In this document: one piece after another, positions 36,171 to 44,570 of the stretch
Position numbering within the stretch: the first letter of the stretch is position 1
Layout: each line of letters starts with the position of its first letter
Virus record (IMG/VR): IMGVR_UViG_3300036770_004917
Coordinates: 22,044 to 86,043 of that record
DNA: 64,000 nt
From: a virus
Strand: one strand, 5' to 3'
Program-made: the position numbers and the translations under genes
Notes under the pieces: generated by a model
Seen by the model: only the letters and a program-made list of their open reading frames with translations
What the model was told of the DNA's origin: nothing
Databases searched by the model: none

Positions 36171-36995
36171 ATGGCAACCGCCAAGAAGCAACCCCAAACT
36201 AAAACGAATGGAGAGAACGAAGTGGACAGCGAGCCAATCGCAGCAACCAACTATCTACAAGAGCGCATTGCGGAGGATTCCTATTACTCCGAGCGACGCG
36301 CAAAAGATGAACAAAAGCGCAAAGAAGACCTACATCGTCTTCTCGTCGACCTGAGCGAGCCCTTCCCTCCCGAAGTTGAGCGGGAACTGAGAAAGGGTGG
36401 AACATCCCTGACGTACATTCCCGTTAGTGAGGTGATTACTCGTCTGAATCGCTGCTTCGGGGTGACTGGATGGTCGTCGGAAATCATACGATGCGAGCGT
36501 GACCCGCTTGACCCAGACTTTATTGTTGCTCACGTTCGGCTGAGCACCCACAGTGGCGATATGTACCCGAATGTAACCAAGGATGGTTTCGGTGGGCAGA
36601 AAATCAAGCGAACCAAGGCTGGCGAAATTGTTGACCTTGGAGACGAGTTCAAGGGCGCTGTTTCCGATGCCCTGAAGAAGGCTGCCCAGCAATTCGGCGT
36701 TGCCCTGTATCTCGCTCGTTCTGACGAGGCACTCAGTATTGAAATTGAGCAAGATATGGCTCAATCACGCCCACAGATTGACCCCAAAGTCGTTGCACTC
36801 TGGGAGCAGTTCCGTACATTGAGTGGCACCTTTGGTGCTGAGCAAAAAGCACAGTTGGGTCAGTTCTGGAACGAGTACGCCAATGGGGCCCCCAAGCCAA
36901 CATTGGAGACAGCGACGCCACAAATTCTCATGGCGCTTATTGAAGAATGCACGAGGATTAGTTTCCCCGGCTCGCAAGTCATCGTTGAAGAATAA
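36171..36995 (+). CDS. Rad52/22-family (Sak-like) ssDNA-annealing protein
   Basis: LSEPFP...LTYIP...VITRLN..FG..GWS...KDGFG...KGAVSDALKKAAQQFGVALYL. Confidence 0.9.
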   Translation: MATAKKQPQTKTNGENEVDSEPIAATNYLQERIAEDSYYSERRAKDEQKRKEDLHRLLVDLSEPFPPEVERELRKGGTSLTYIPVSEVITRLNRCFGVTGWSSEIIRCERDPLDPDFIVAHVRLSTHSGDMYPNVTKDGFGGQKIKRTKAGEIVDLGDEFKGAVSDALKKAAQQFGVALYLARSDEALSIEIEQDMAQSRPQIDPKVVALWEQFRTLSGTFGAEQKAQLGQFWNEYANGAPKPTLETATPQILMALIEECTRISFPGSQVIVEE

Positions 36996-36998
36996 TCC

Positions 36999-37787
36999 AT
37001 GAACCAACCCGATGGCATCGGGGGGCCGCCATACACGCCTCCCCCATATCTATCCCCTTCGTCAATGGGCACATTTCGGCAGTGTCCGCAGAAATTCAAG
37101 TTCAATAAAATTGATGGGATTCCTGACCGACCGAGCGAGGCAACGCTCCTTGGAAACTTTGTCCATGAAATATTGGAGGAGTTCTATGCTCAGCCAATTG
37201 ATGAGCGGTCGATTGCTTCGGCAAAGGTATTGGCTGCGGAGGTTTGGGCAAAGTCGGAGTGGGAAAAGCGGATTGAGGGATTCGTAAAGCCCGAGCAGCA
37301 CCGCCGCTTTCGTTGGAGTGCATGGTGGTGCTTGGAGAATCTGTGGAAGATTGAGAATCCAAAGTCAATTGAACCAATTGGCATTGAACGCGAGGTCAAT
37401 GGGCTACTCGGCAGTGCGACCGTAAAGGGCTTTATTGACAGGTACGAGCGCATCGGTGATGGCACGATATGTATTTCCGACTACAAGACCGGCAAGACTC
37501 CAAGTAAGTCATGGGTTGCAGACAAGTTTGTTCAGTTGCGAATCTACGCTGCCCTCATGTCGCAAGATGTGCCAGATGTTGGCCAACTCAAGTTGCTTTA
37601 CCTAAAGGACGGTGTATCATTCTCCTACACGATTAATGAGGATAATAATCAAGAAATCATCAACTACGTAGATGAAACTTATGCAAGCGTCCAATCGGCG
37701 TGCCAAAGTGGAGATTTCCCATATGTCCGGTCACGACTCTGCGACTTTTGTGCCTATAAATCAATATGCCCAGGATGGAAAAAATGA
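36999..37787 (+). CDS. PD-(D/E)XK (RecB/Cas4-like) exonuclease
   Basis: YLSPSS..F.QCP, G..VHEILE, KGFIDR...ISDYKTG, QL.IYA and C-terminal CDFCAYKSICP. Confidence 0.9.
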   Translation: MNQPDGIGGPPYTPPPYLSPSSMGTFRQCPQKFKFNKIDGIPDRPSEATLLGNFVHEILEEFYAQPIDERSIASAKVLAAEVWAKSEWEKRIEGFVKPEQHRRFRWSAWWCLENLWKIENPKSIEPIGIEREVNGLLGSATVKGFIDRYERIGDGTICISDYKTGKTPSKSWVADKFVQLRIYAALMSQDVPDVGQLKLLYLKDGVSFSYTINEDNNQEIINYVDETYASVQSACQSGDFPYVRSRLCDFCAYKSICPGWKK

Positions 37788-38293
37788 CAAATGTAATTAG
37801 TGATGACGCCTTTGCGTATTTTGTTGCGGAAGAAGTAAAAAACAAACTCTCTCCGGCTCAACGAAATACCTTACTTCAGCGTGAAAACTGGGACCGTTGG
37901 CAGCGAGCATTGGTCGCCCTGACCGAAAACCTGAAAGACCAGATTCAGCAGATAGCCGGAGCAGAGGCAGAAGATGAGCGTCGTTTTGAGGGGATAGGCA
38001 GCAAGCGAATGCAGAAGGAGATACGTGGGGCATACGCCGACCGTCGCCTCCGCGTTGAGAGATTCTTGTTCCATGTAAACAAGCGCCTTGATGAAGTAAC
38101 CAAGATGATTGAAACAGGTGTTGCGCCAGAAGCAAACCCTTGGGAAGTGATTGACTTCTTTAAGCGTGCGATTTTTGAGCATCGCAAATTGATGGACGAA
38201 CACGACCTAGAGCCAACACCTATTGATGAGGCTCTATGGGCTGCGCTGTCTGATAAATGGCTTTTTGATAAAATAGATACATCACTTCTGTAG
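37784..38293 (+). CDS. Hypothetical coiled-coil protein
   Basis: ATGA overlap with the exonuclease stop. Confidence 0.7.
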   Translation: MTNVISDDAFAYFVAEEVKNKLSPAQRNTLLQRENWDRWQRALVALTENLKDQIQQIAGAEAEDERRFEGIGSKRMQKEIRGAYADRRLRVERFLFHVNKRLDEVTKMIETGVAPEANPWEVIDFFKRAIFEHRKLMDEHDLEPTPIDEALWAALSDKWLFDKIDTSLL

Positions 38294-38305
38294 TAAGGGT
38301 GTGCA

Positions 38306-38614
38306 GTGCGTAGACGAAGCAAAAAACGCGAAAAAGAGTACGTGATACGCAGGGAGGTCGTGGAACGGCTCCTATCCGAGCGTCCATACTGCGAAGCCTG
38401 TCCAAAATTTGCCAAATATGACGGGAAAGTCTCATACGTACGGCGCGGAAGCGTAGATATCCACGAGATTGTTAGACGGTCTCAGGGTGGCTCAATAATA
38501 GATGAACCAAACCTTTTGGCCGTATGTCGTGAATGTCATAATCGCATAGGCCGAGAGCCTCAATTGGCCTTTGACCTTGGTTTGGCTAAACATGGTTGGG
38601 AACGAGATAGTTAA
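38306..38614 (+). CDS. HNH endonuclease
   Basis: CEAC...DIHEIVRRSQGGS...NLLAVCRECHNRI. Confidence 0.88.
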   Translation: MRRRSKKREKEYVIRREVVERLLSERPYCEACPKFAKYDGKVSYVRRGSVDIHEIVRRSQGGSIIDEPNLLAVCRECHNRIGREPQLAFDLGLAKHGWERDS

Positions 38615-38708
38615 GTCGTCACAAATTTGGGGTGATTGTTCACTACGGGGGCGGCGTAATGTAGTAAAGTCTATTTGTCGTAACCCACACTAGACACGGA
38701 GACACAAC

Positions 38709-39089
38709 ATGAGTTCAGTCCTTACCCTCCAGGTTCCTGGCACGCTTTCAACTTCAACTGATGTGAAGGTTGTGGCCCCAGTTTCCGGAAAAATCACCGC
38801 TGCCTATGCAGCAGTAACCACCGCCCCCGTTGGTAGCGCACTTACAGCCACGGTGCTAAACGGCGCCGACACTGCTGTTGCTTTCTCAATTGCTGCTGCC
38901 GGAACCACCGATGATGGCACCCTCACTGCTGCCAACTGCTCCTTTGATAAGGGCGACGTCATCACTGTTGATGTCACCGCAGTCGGCTCAACCACCGCTG
39001 GCGCAAACTTGGTCGTATCGTTGGCCATTGAGGTTGACGCCGAAGAGACCACCCCAATCACCATCTCGCCAGACAACCGCTTCGGCTGA
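38709..39089 (+). CDS. Small beta-rich, probably structural protein (capsid decoration-like)
   Basis: Ala/Thr/Val-rich 126 aa with its own GGAG RBS, upstream TAAAGT -10 and a downstream terminator. Confidence 0.45.
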   Translation: MSSVLTLQVPGTLSTSTDVKVVAPVSGKITAAYAAVTTAPVGSALTATVLNGADTAVAFSIAAAGTTDDGTLTAANCSFDKGDVITVDVTAVGSTTAGANLVVSLAIEVDAEETTPITISPDNRFG

Positions 39090-39166
39090 GCCTGATAGCG
39101 GCACCGTCTAGCGGTGCGACAAACGAATACCTTTGGGTGCGTAGTTCCGTTACCTTAGGAGTCACT

Positions 39167-39200
39167 GACGGGAGGGAGACCTCCCGTCTTTGGCATTTTC
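39167..39200 (+). terminator. Intrinsic terminator-like hairpin
   Basis: GACGGGAGG-GAGA-CCTCCCGTC (9-bp stem, GNRA loop) followed by TTTGGCATTTT. Confidence 0.75.
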
Positions 39201-39218
39201 TGGTGCTACTGTGCGTGA

Positions 39219-39752
39219 ATGGTTCTCATGGGGCTCGACCTCTCTTTGACGTCTACTGGTATCTCAATCGATGGGAACACGCAAGCCATAGTAAGTAAAT
39301 TCAAGGAAACCAAACGCCTTGCAGATATCCGTGACCAGTTGTCGCTTATCTTGGTTCAATTTGGGGTGCAGGGTGTTGTTGTTGAGGGTTACGCATTTGC
39401 GGCACGTAATTCCCAATCACACAAGATTGGCGAACTGGGTGGAGTAGTTCGCTTACTCCTTCATGAGATGATGATTCCTTTTGTTGATGTCCCACCAACA
39501 AGCCGAGCAAAATTTGCTACTGGCCGTGGTAATGCAGCAAAGACAGAAGTTATTTCTGCAGTTTCAGCAAGAACCGGCTTGATTTGGTCCGGCAAGAGTG
39601 CTGACGACGAATGCGATGCATGGTTGCTTGAAGAGATGGGCTTGCAGGCCATTGGGTTGGGCAAGTACCATTGGCCTGAGAGCAATATGACCGCCATCAA
39701 GAATGTTGACTGGTCGCCAATTAAGGAAGGTGTTACACATGGGTCTGCGTGA
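39219..39752 (+). CDS. RuvC-like Holliday junction resolvase
   Basis: MGLDLSLTSTG, VVVEGYAF, IGELGGVV, KFATGRGNAAK and DDECDA. Confidence 0.88.
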   Translation: MVLMGLDLSLTSTGISIDGNTQAIVSKFKETKRLADIRDQLSLILVQFGVQGVVVEGYAFAARNSQSHKIGELGGVVRLLLHEMMIPFVDVPPTSRAKFATGRGNAAKTEVISAVSARTGLIWSGKSADDECDAWLLEEMGLQAIGLGKYHWPESNMTAIKNVDWSPIKEGVTHGSA

Positions 39753-40086
39753 TAATCCAATTAGTCAGGTTGAGATTGAATCAGAACTCCTTCGCCTGAT
39801 TGACATGCTTGAAGAGGAGACTGAGGCATTCGAAAAACTTGCCGAGGATGCTGCCAAAAAGGAAGCCATCTACAAGGCGAATTGGGCAAAGGAATACCTT
39901 GCGGCAAAGGGCTCAATCAAGGAGCGCGAAGCGTGGGCTGACTACAAGTTGGCCGATGAACAATTTGATTACAAGATTTCGGAAGCCCTCGTTAAGTCTA
40001 AGAGGGAGAAATTACTCTCACTGAGAACGTCCATAGATGCAATGCGTACATTGAATGCCAACGTGCGCGCCCAGGTCATGCCTTGA
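39739..40086 (+). CDS. Helical protein, possibly a UvsY-like recombination mediator
   Basis: ATG 39739 after AAGGAAGG; coiled-coil with GSIKEREAWA. The resemblance is only general. Confidence 0.4.
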   Translation: MGLRDNPISQVEIESELLRLIDMLEEETEAFEKLAEDAAKKEAIYKANWAKEYLAAKGSIKEREAWADYKLADEQFDYKISEALVKSKREKLLSLRTSIDAMRTLNANVRAQVMP

Positions 40087-40556
40087 TTCCGTCACGCAGG
40101 GAACTCAACTGGCTAAAGTCATGCATCCAGTTGGCCCAAACATTTTCTACCTGTTCTAAAAGACAATATTTTGCAGTTGTGTTGATGGAAAATGGACGGG
40201 TCGCTGGCGTTGGCTACAACGGCTCGCCGCCCGGAATTGGTCATTGCAACGAGGGGCATTGTCCACGATACGCACAGAACAGCGAACCTGGCTCCAATTA
40301 CGATAATTGCATCGCCCAGCATGCCGAGGCCAATGCCTTGCTTTGGTCGGACCCTTCACTGCGCTCTGGTGGAACCCTAATTGTGAATGGTCCTCCGTGT
40401 TTTGGTTGTGCTAAACAAATTGCTTCTGCGAATATCCAAAGAGTTATCTATCTTGAGGACTCTTCGTATAGTGATGCTGGACGTTCTTTCAATTTGCTAA
40501 CTTCTGCTGGGATAGAGTTAGTTCAAGTTAGTCAATCGCTTCTGGAGGCGTCGTGA
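40083..40556 (+). CDS. dCMP deaminase
   Basis: STCSKRQ, GYNGSPPG..HC, HAEANAL and PCFGC zinc motifs. Confidence 0.92.
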   Translation: MIPSRRELNWLKSCIQLAQTFSTCSKRQYFAVVLMENGRVAGVGYNGSPPGIGHCNEGHCPRYAQNSEPGSNYDNCIAQHAEANALLWSDPSLRSGGTLIVNGPPCFGCAKQIASANIQRVIYLEDSSYSDAGRSFNLLTSAGIELVQVSQSLLEAS

Positions 40557-41356
40557 ATCACAATGTAGACGAATCTTTGTCGAATCTCTTGGTTGATATT
40601 GAGACATTGGTTCCATTGGTTGGAAACCCAAGAAGAGGCAATGTTGACGCTATTGCTGCGTCATACGCCGAATTTGGCCAAGTTAAGCCCGTTGTCATTC
40701 GTCCCAATGATGATGGCACTGCGACAATTATTGCCGGTAACCACCAGGTGATGGCGGCCAAGAAACTTGGATGGACACACATTGCTGCGGTGCAGATGGA
40801 CGCCGATGATTCACGTGCAATTGCATTTGCCCTTGCGGACAACAGGACATCTGAATTGGGAAAGACTGACGATTCATTGGTCTCAGAGTTGCTTGGTGGG
40901 GTTATAGATGATTACGGTGATTTATTTGACAGGCTTGGTTGGGATGAGTTTGAAATTGCAGCAATGGAAGAAGAGTCTTTCATGCAAGAACGAACTACAG
41001 AATCACGAGAATCGCAACAGTATATTCCTCCGGTGATTCAACCAATTGCCGATATTGGTGAAGCAATTCTTTCTTCCTTAGTGAAAAAGAACAGTGAAGG
41101 GGAATCACAGATAGTTGCCCCTTCAACAGTTGAACATAAGGATGTTGCGGTTCAGGGTAGCGGTCTTGTAACAAATGCGATGCAAGTTCCCAGTGGGCCT
41201 AAGGCAGTCGTTCAGTACACAATTGTTTTCGATGACCCAGAACAGCAGCGCCGTTGGTATGACTTCATTCGCTGGCTGCGAAATGAGGCAGCCTATGACG
41301 GTGAAACGAATGCAGAAAAACTAATATCGTTTATTGATGCGCACTCCGAGTGCTAA
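40553..41356 (+). CDS. ParB/Srx N-terminal domain protein
   Basis: NPRRGNV..IAAS..EFGQVKPVV...IIAGNH...AAKKLGW...ALADNRTSELG. Confidence 0.85.
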   Translation: MNHNVDESLSNLLVDIETLVPLVGNPRRGNVDAIAASYAEFGQVKPVVIRPNDDGTATIIAGNHQVMAAKKLGWTHIAAVQMDADDSRAIAFALADNRTSELGKTDDSLVSELLGGVIDDYGDLFDRLGWDEFEIAAMEEESFMQERTTESRESQQYIPPVIQPIADIGEAILSSLVKKNSEGESQIVAPSTVEHKDVAVQGSGLVTNAMQVPSGPKAVVQYTIVFDDPEQQRRWYDFIRWLRNEAAYDGETNAEKLISFIDAHSEC

Positions 41357-41357
41357 T

Positions 41358-41558
41358 TCACCATTTTCCAAGAGGGCAACTTGAGCCTTTGAGGCGAACC
41401 TTAATCTTCATAAAACACCCACACTCTTTGCAGGTTTTTGTGGGGGTGAATAGGCGGTCGCATGCGATGCAGATATTCCACCGCTTAACTGCAAAATTGG
41501 GAGCATCCATATCTCCATCAATGCCTGCGTCGGAGTAGTCATCTGGTTCAAGCGACAT
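41358..41558 (-). CDS. Small Cys-rich protein (DUF6171-like)
   Basis: R..IC..C......CKECGCF...K.......CPLGKW. Confidence 0.7.
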   Translation of the reverse strand: MSLEPDDYSDAGIDGDMDAPNFAVKRWNICIACDRLFTPTKTCKECGCFMKIKVRLKGSSCPLGKW

Positions 41559-41889
41559 TTTTGGCATCTCCCTCAAGTGTGAATGTTTTGTGCGAAATTT
41601 GACCGACGAGCACCTGGATATACGTCGCCATGCCAGCCAAGCCAACGATATCTATCGGCGGTAGGCCGTCAGCAATGTACTTGACAGTATTGATGAACTC
41701 ACTACTAGATGCTTCGTTTTTTGTGACAACAGACAGTGCTGCCGAACGTGACTTTGTGTCAATTTTCAACTCCCAGAGTCGCCCAAGATATGTGGCCCTA
41801 ACGGCAACATAGAAACACTCAGTCTCAACCTTAGGTATGTCATTGGGGTCAGTGATGACAATTAGTTCTTCAGGGTTTGGTGGAATCAT
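41548..41889 (-). CDS. Hypothetical protein
   Basis: 113-aa ORF with a GAGG RBS in a tightly packed minus-strand cluster. Confidence 0.6.
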   Translation of the reverse strand: MIPPNPEELIVITDPNDIPKVETECFYVAVRATYLGRLWELKIDTKSRSAALSVVTKNEASSSEFINTVKYIADGLPPIDIVGLAGMATYIQVLVGQISHKTFTLEGDAKNVA

Positions 41890-41898
41890 TTTCTTTCC

Positions 41899-42225
41899 TC
41901 AGGCTGGGGCAACGAAAAAACCAACGAGAAATCCCACCAAGCCCGTGATTACCGCCACGCCAAGCCATGCAAGTATTTTCATGTTCTCTCCATCTGCTGA
42001 TTTTTTATGAAGGTTATCATCTAGTTCGTCTGGGCCGAAGAACATATCCTCAAAATCAGATGGAGAATCGCCATCAATGACAAAGTCTGGAATAAGGCTT
42101 TCTTCCAGGACGATTATTTCCATTAGACGCGAAACAACTTCACCCGTATTAGTGAACTGGCCCGTTGATTCAAGACTTGTCGCCGCCAACTCAACAACAT
42201 AATCCTCTAGGTGCCTCAAGTACAT
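41899..42225 (-). CDS. Hypothetical protein with C-terminal transmembrane helix
   Basis: 108 aa; hydrophobic C-terminus ILAWLGVAVITGLVGFLVGFFVA. Confidence 0.65.
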   Translation of the reverse strand: MYLRHLEDYVVELAATSLESTGQFTNTGEVVSRLMEIIVLEESLIPDFVIDGDSPSDFEDMFFGPDELDDNLHKKSADGENMKILAWLGVAVITGLVGFLVGFFVAPA

Positions 42226-42228
42226 CTT

Positions 42229-42447
42229 TCACCTATCTCGGAACAAGAGGTGAAATAGCAGTAGTCCAGCGATTGCCCCAGAAACCTCTGGACCATAGCC
42301 AAGGTTCTTGAGGTGCTGAACGTCGCGACTTATTGTGTTTCTATTGCGCCGAATAGCAAAAATATCGTAGACAAGAACAAACAAAGCAACCGAAAGGGGG
42401 CCCGTAAGATGGGCATCATCAAGTTTCTTAAATGGTCTACTCATCAC
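42229..42447 (-). CDS. Small membrane protein
   Basis: 72 aa with two hydrophobic stretches. Confidence 0.6.
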   Translation of the reverse strand: MMSRPFKKLDDAHLTGPLSVALFVLVYDIFAIRRNRNTISRDVQHLKNLGYGPEVSGAIAGLLLFHLLFRDR

Positions 42448-42691
42448 TAATTGTCAACAAGGGTGGGAGCAGTTCATCTGCCACCCGCCTAGCATGATGT
42501 TGCTTTAGGGCCAATTCTGCGGTGACATGGACATCTCCGGTTGCTCCGGACATAATGGATGCCAAGCAAAACGCAAGTTGTTCGGAGTGGTCTACCTCGT
42601 CAACATATCTTGCCCGCTCTGAGGCAACTTCTTCCCGGAGGATGATGATTGCCTTCTTTAGGGAATGTATCTTGTTGACCAGTTCACTCAT
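42437..42691 (-). CDS. Hypothetical protein
   Basis: 84 aa, overlapping its neighbours in an operon-like way. Confidence 0.6.
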   Translation of the reverse strand: MSELVNKIHSLKKAIIILREEVASERARYVDEVDHSEQLAFCLASIMSGATGDVHVTAELALKQHHARRVADELLPPLLTISDE

Positions 42692-42881
42692 TGCGTTCTT
42701 CGCGCATTCTGTCTATTCCTGCGCGTGCCTTTCTGATGCGAATATTTTTGTTTGAAATTACCAGAGAACGCAGTAGTTTTTGCGCCTGTTCCTCGGTTAG
42801 TGAGTCTTCGCTGGCACCTATAAGTGCGGCCGCCTCAGAGATTGCGCTGAATTTTTTGTCCATATAATTCACCTCGGACAA
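42684..42881 (-). CDS. Hypothetical protein (start uncertain)
   Basis: About 60 aa; overlaps the next gene. Confidence 0.5.
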   Translation of the reverse strand: MSEVNYMDKKFSAISEAAALIGASEDSLTEEQAQKLLRSLVISNKNIRIRKARAGIDRMREERNE

Positions 42882-42909
42882 AATAATACATCACAATCGC
42901 TAGGTTGAT

Positions 42910-43365
42910 TTAGCGAGACTTTTTGTTGCGTCGGAAAATGCGGGAAAAGAAACCCTGCTTCTTCTTGACGGGAGTGCTGGCGTGAGCGGTCTTGGGTGGG
43001 GCAATCGGTGGGACGATTCCACTTGCAGTCGTTGTCGTGGACGACGAAGCAACTTCAATCCCAGTCGCCTGTACATTCACATTGGGGGTTACGACGATTG
43101 CTGGCTTGGCTACCGCCTCAACTGCGGGCGAAGCCTGCTTCTTGGGGCGACCAGGCTTGCGTCGCTCGTGTGCCGTTCCGTCCTGAAGAATTCCATCGCC
43201 ATCGCCATCCTTAGCCTTGGCCTTGAATTGGGCAGTCTTTGCTGGCGTGCTAGACTTTTTTGGGGCACCACTCTTGGACTTTGGCGTTTGCTTTTTGGGC
43301 GTAACCTTCGAGGGGGCAGACTTCTTTGTGGTTTTGCTTGAGGCTGACTTTTTGTTTGTGCTCAT
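42910..43365 (-). CDS. Lys-rich histone-like protein carrying the DGDGDG..QDG...ER motif
   Basis: 151 aa, K/S/T/P/A-rich; contains KDGDGDGILQDGTAHERRKP; leaderless promoter. Confidence 0.75.
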   Translation of the reverse strand: MSTNKKSASSKTTKKSAPSKVTPKKQTPKSKSGAPKKSSTPAKTAQFKAKAKDGDGDGILQDGTAHERRKPGRPKKQASPAVEAVAKPAIVVTPNVNVQATGIEVASSSTTTTASGIVPPIAPPKTAHASTPVKKKQGFFSRIFRRNKKSR

Positions 43366-43428
43366 ATCGCGAAACCTAGCACACCCATTGTTGCAACGGC
43401 GGAACTATTTCTGGGTTAGGTTAAGCCG
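43366..43428. promoter_or_regulatory. Divergent leaderless promoter pair
   Basis: Minus strand: GTGTGC-TAGGTT-7nt-ATG(43365). Plus strand: TAGGTT(43417-43422)-6nt-GTG(43429). Confidence 0.6.
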
Positions 43429-44064
43429 GTGGACAAGTACGACGATGCGATGAGCAAAATGGCCCTGGGACTAACGAGTTCCCAGGTTGCAAAAAATTAC
43501 ATGGTGGAGGATTTTGGCGTTGGGGAGGAACTTCCATTCACTTTCTTCATGTGGAGCGGTGGCGACCTGACGTTGGCAATTCAACTAAGGCGTGAATTAA
43601 TGCAGCAGCCAGTAGAAGCAAGGCTTTCGCGATGCCGAACAATGTGCATGGCAATCTGTTCGGCAGTACCCTCGGTGACAGCAATATCATTTATTGCTGA
43701 AGGATTTGAAACACTTGACAAGAACCGCCTGAATGGACGAGACTTGAGGAGTGCCTTCATTGAAGACGAAGACCTGGTCAGGGAGTGCTTAACGGTGACT
43801 CATTGTGAAAAATTGCCGCAAACCAAGAGCCTGGAGATAACTCTCCTATCTTTGCCCTATGAGTACAAGTTGGGTCGAATGGTCGAGTGGGGGCGTCCAC
43901 TTGGATTCATTAGTGGCATGGATAAGGTTTTGAAGACTTCAAGTGTTTCCCAGATGCTGCAAAGCGCGCTCAGCCAGCCCGGCGGTGACTACTATAGCGA
44001 TGATGACATAGATATTTTATTTAATAAAATAATATCTAGCGGATTTAATATAGAAGGTTTTTAG
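43429..44064 (+). CDS. Hypothetical protein
   Basis: 211-aa ORF with a leaderless start. Confidence 0.75.
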   Translation: MDKYDDAMSKMALGLTSSQVAKNYMVEDFGVGEELPFTFFMWSGGDLTLAIQLRRELMQQPVEARLSRCRTMCMAICSAVPSVTAISFIAEGFETLDKNRLNGRDLRSAFIEDEDLVRECLTVTHCEKLPQTKSLEITLLSLPYEYKLGRMVEWGRPLGFISGMDKVLKTSSVSQMLQSALSQPGGDYYSDDDIDILFNKIISSGFNIEGF

Positions 44065-44072
44065 TTACACAA

Positions 44073-44148
44073 TCGGGCGTATCGGCTCACTCTTATAAGG
44101 TGTAGAAACCGTAGCGGTGACACGTGGGTTCAAATCCCACCGCCCGAA
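44073..44148 (+). tRNA. Atypical tRNA-Ile(UAU)-like RNA lacking a D-arm, with a long variable arm
   Basis: Acceptor TCGGGCG/CGCCCGA+A; anticodon arm CACT-CTTATAA-GGTG; variable hairpin ACCG-TAG-CGGT; T-arm GTGGG-TTCAAAT-CCCAC; only 8 nt between acceptor and anticodon stems. Confidence 0.7.
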
Positions 44149-44186
44149 CTCTCATCACGCTATTGGCGCAATGATACAATTGTTCA

Positions 44187-44498
44187 ATGGACTTGTATTT
44201 TTCCCAACATCTTGACTTTCGTGATGACACATTCCGAGACATAAAATTCTTGCGCGCAGACAGACAGCCATGCTTGGTGTGTGGGCATCCCACTGGGGAC
44301 TGCGCGACCGACACATCAAACCCAACGCATGTAATTGGATTCGATGTAGCAGGGAAAGATAACACTCCATTGATTTTTCTTGAAGAAGATGTTTGGGAAG
44401 AGCGTGCAATAACCCCATACACAAAGGCGCGTGTTCTGGTATACAAGAAGGGTCAGAGCATTGGTCACGATGAAGCAAAAAGATTGGGTCTTATCTAG
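44187..44498 (+). CDS. Hypothetical protein with CxxCGHxxGDC motif
   Basis: 103 aa; leaderless TGA-TACAAT-6nt-ATG. Confidence 0.75.
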   Translation: MDLYFSQHLDFRDDTFRDIKFLRADRQPCLVCGHPTGDCATDTSNPTHVIGFDVAGKDNTPLIFLEEDVWEERAITPYTKARVLVYKKGQSIGHDEAKRLGLI

Positions 44499-44570
44499 AC
44501 ACTTTCTTCATTCGAGTTTCATCTACAATTGCTTCTCTAACAAATCCACCCCTGTATAAAAGGAACAACA

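Noticed and set aside
44073-44148. D-armless RNA read as a tmRNA tRNA-like domain
   Set aside because: It has no G3-U70 Ala identity pair or tag reading frame, and it has a normal anticodon arm within 76 nt.
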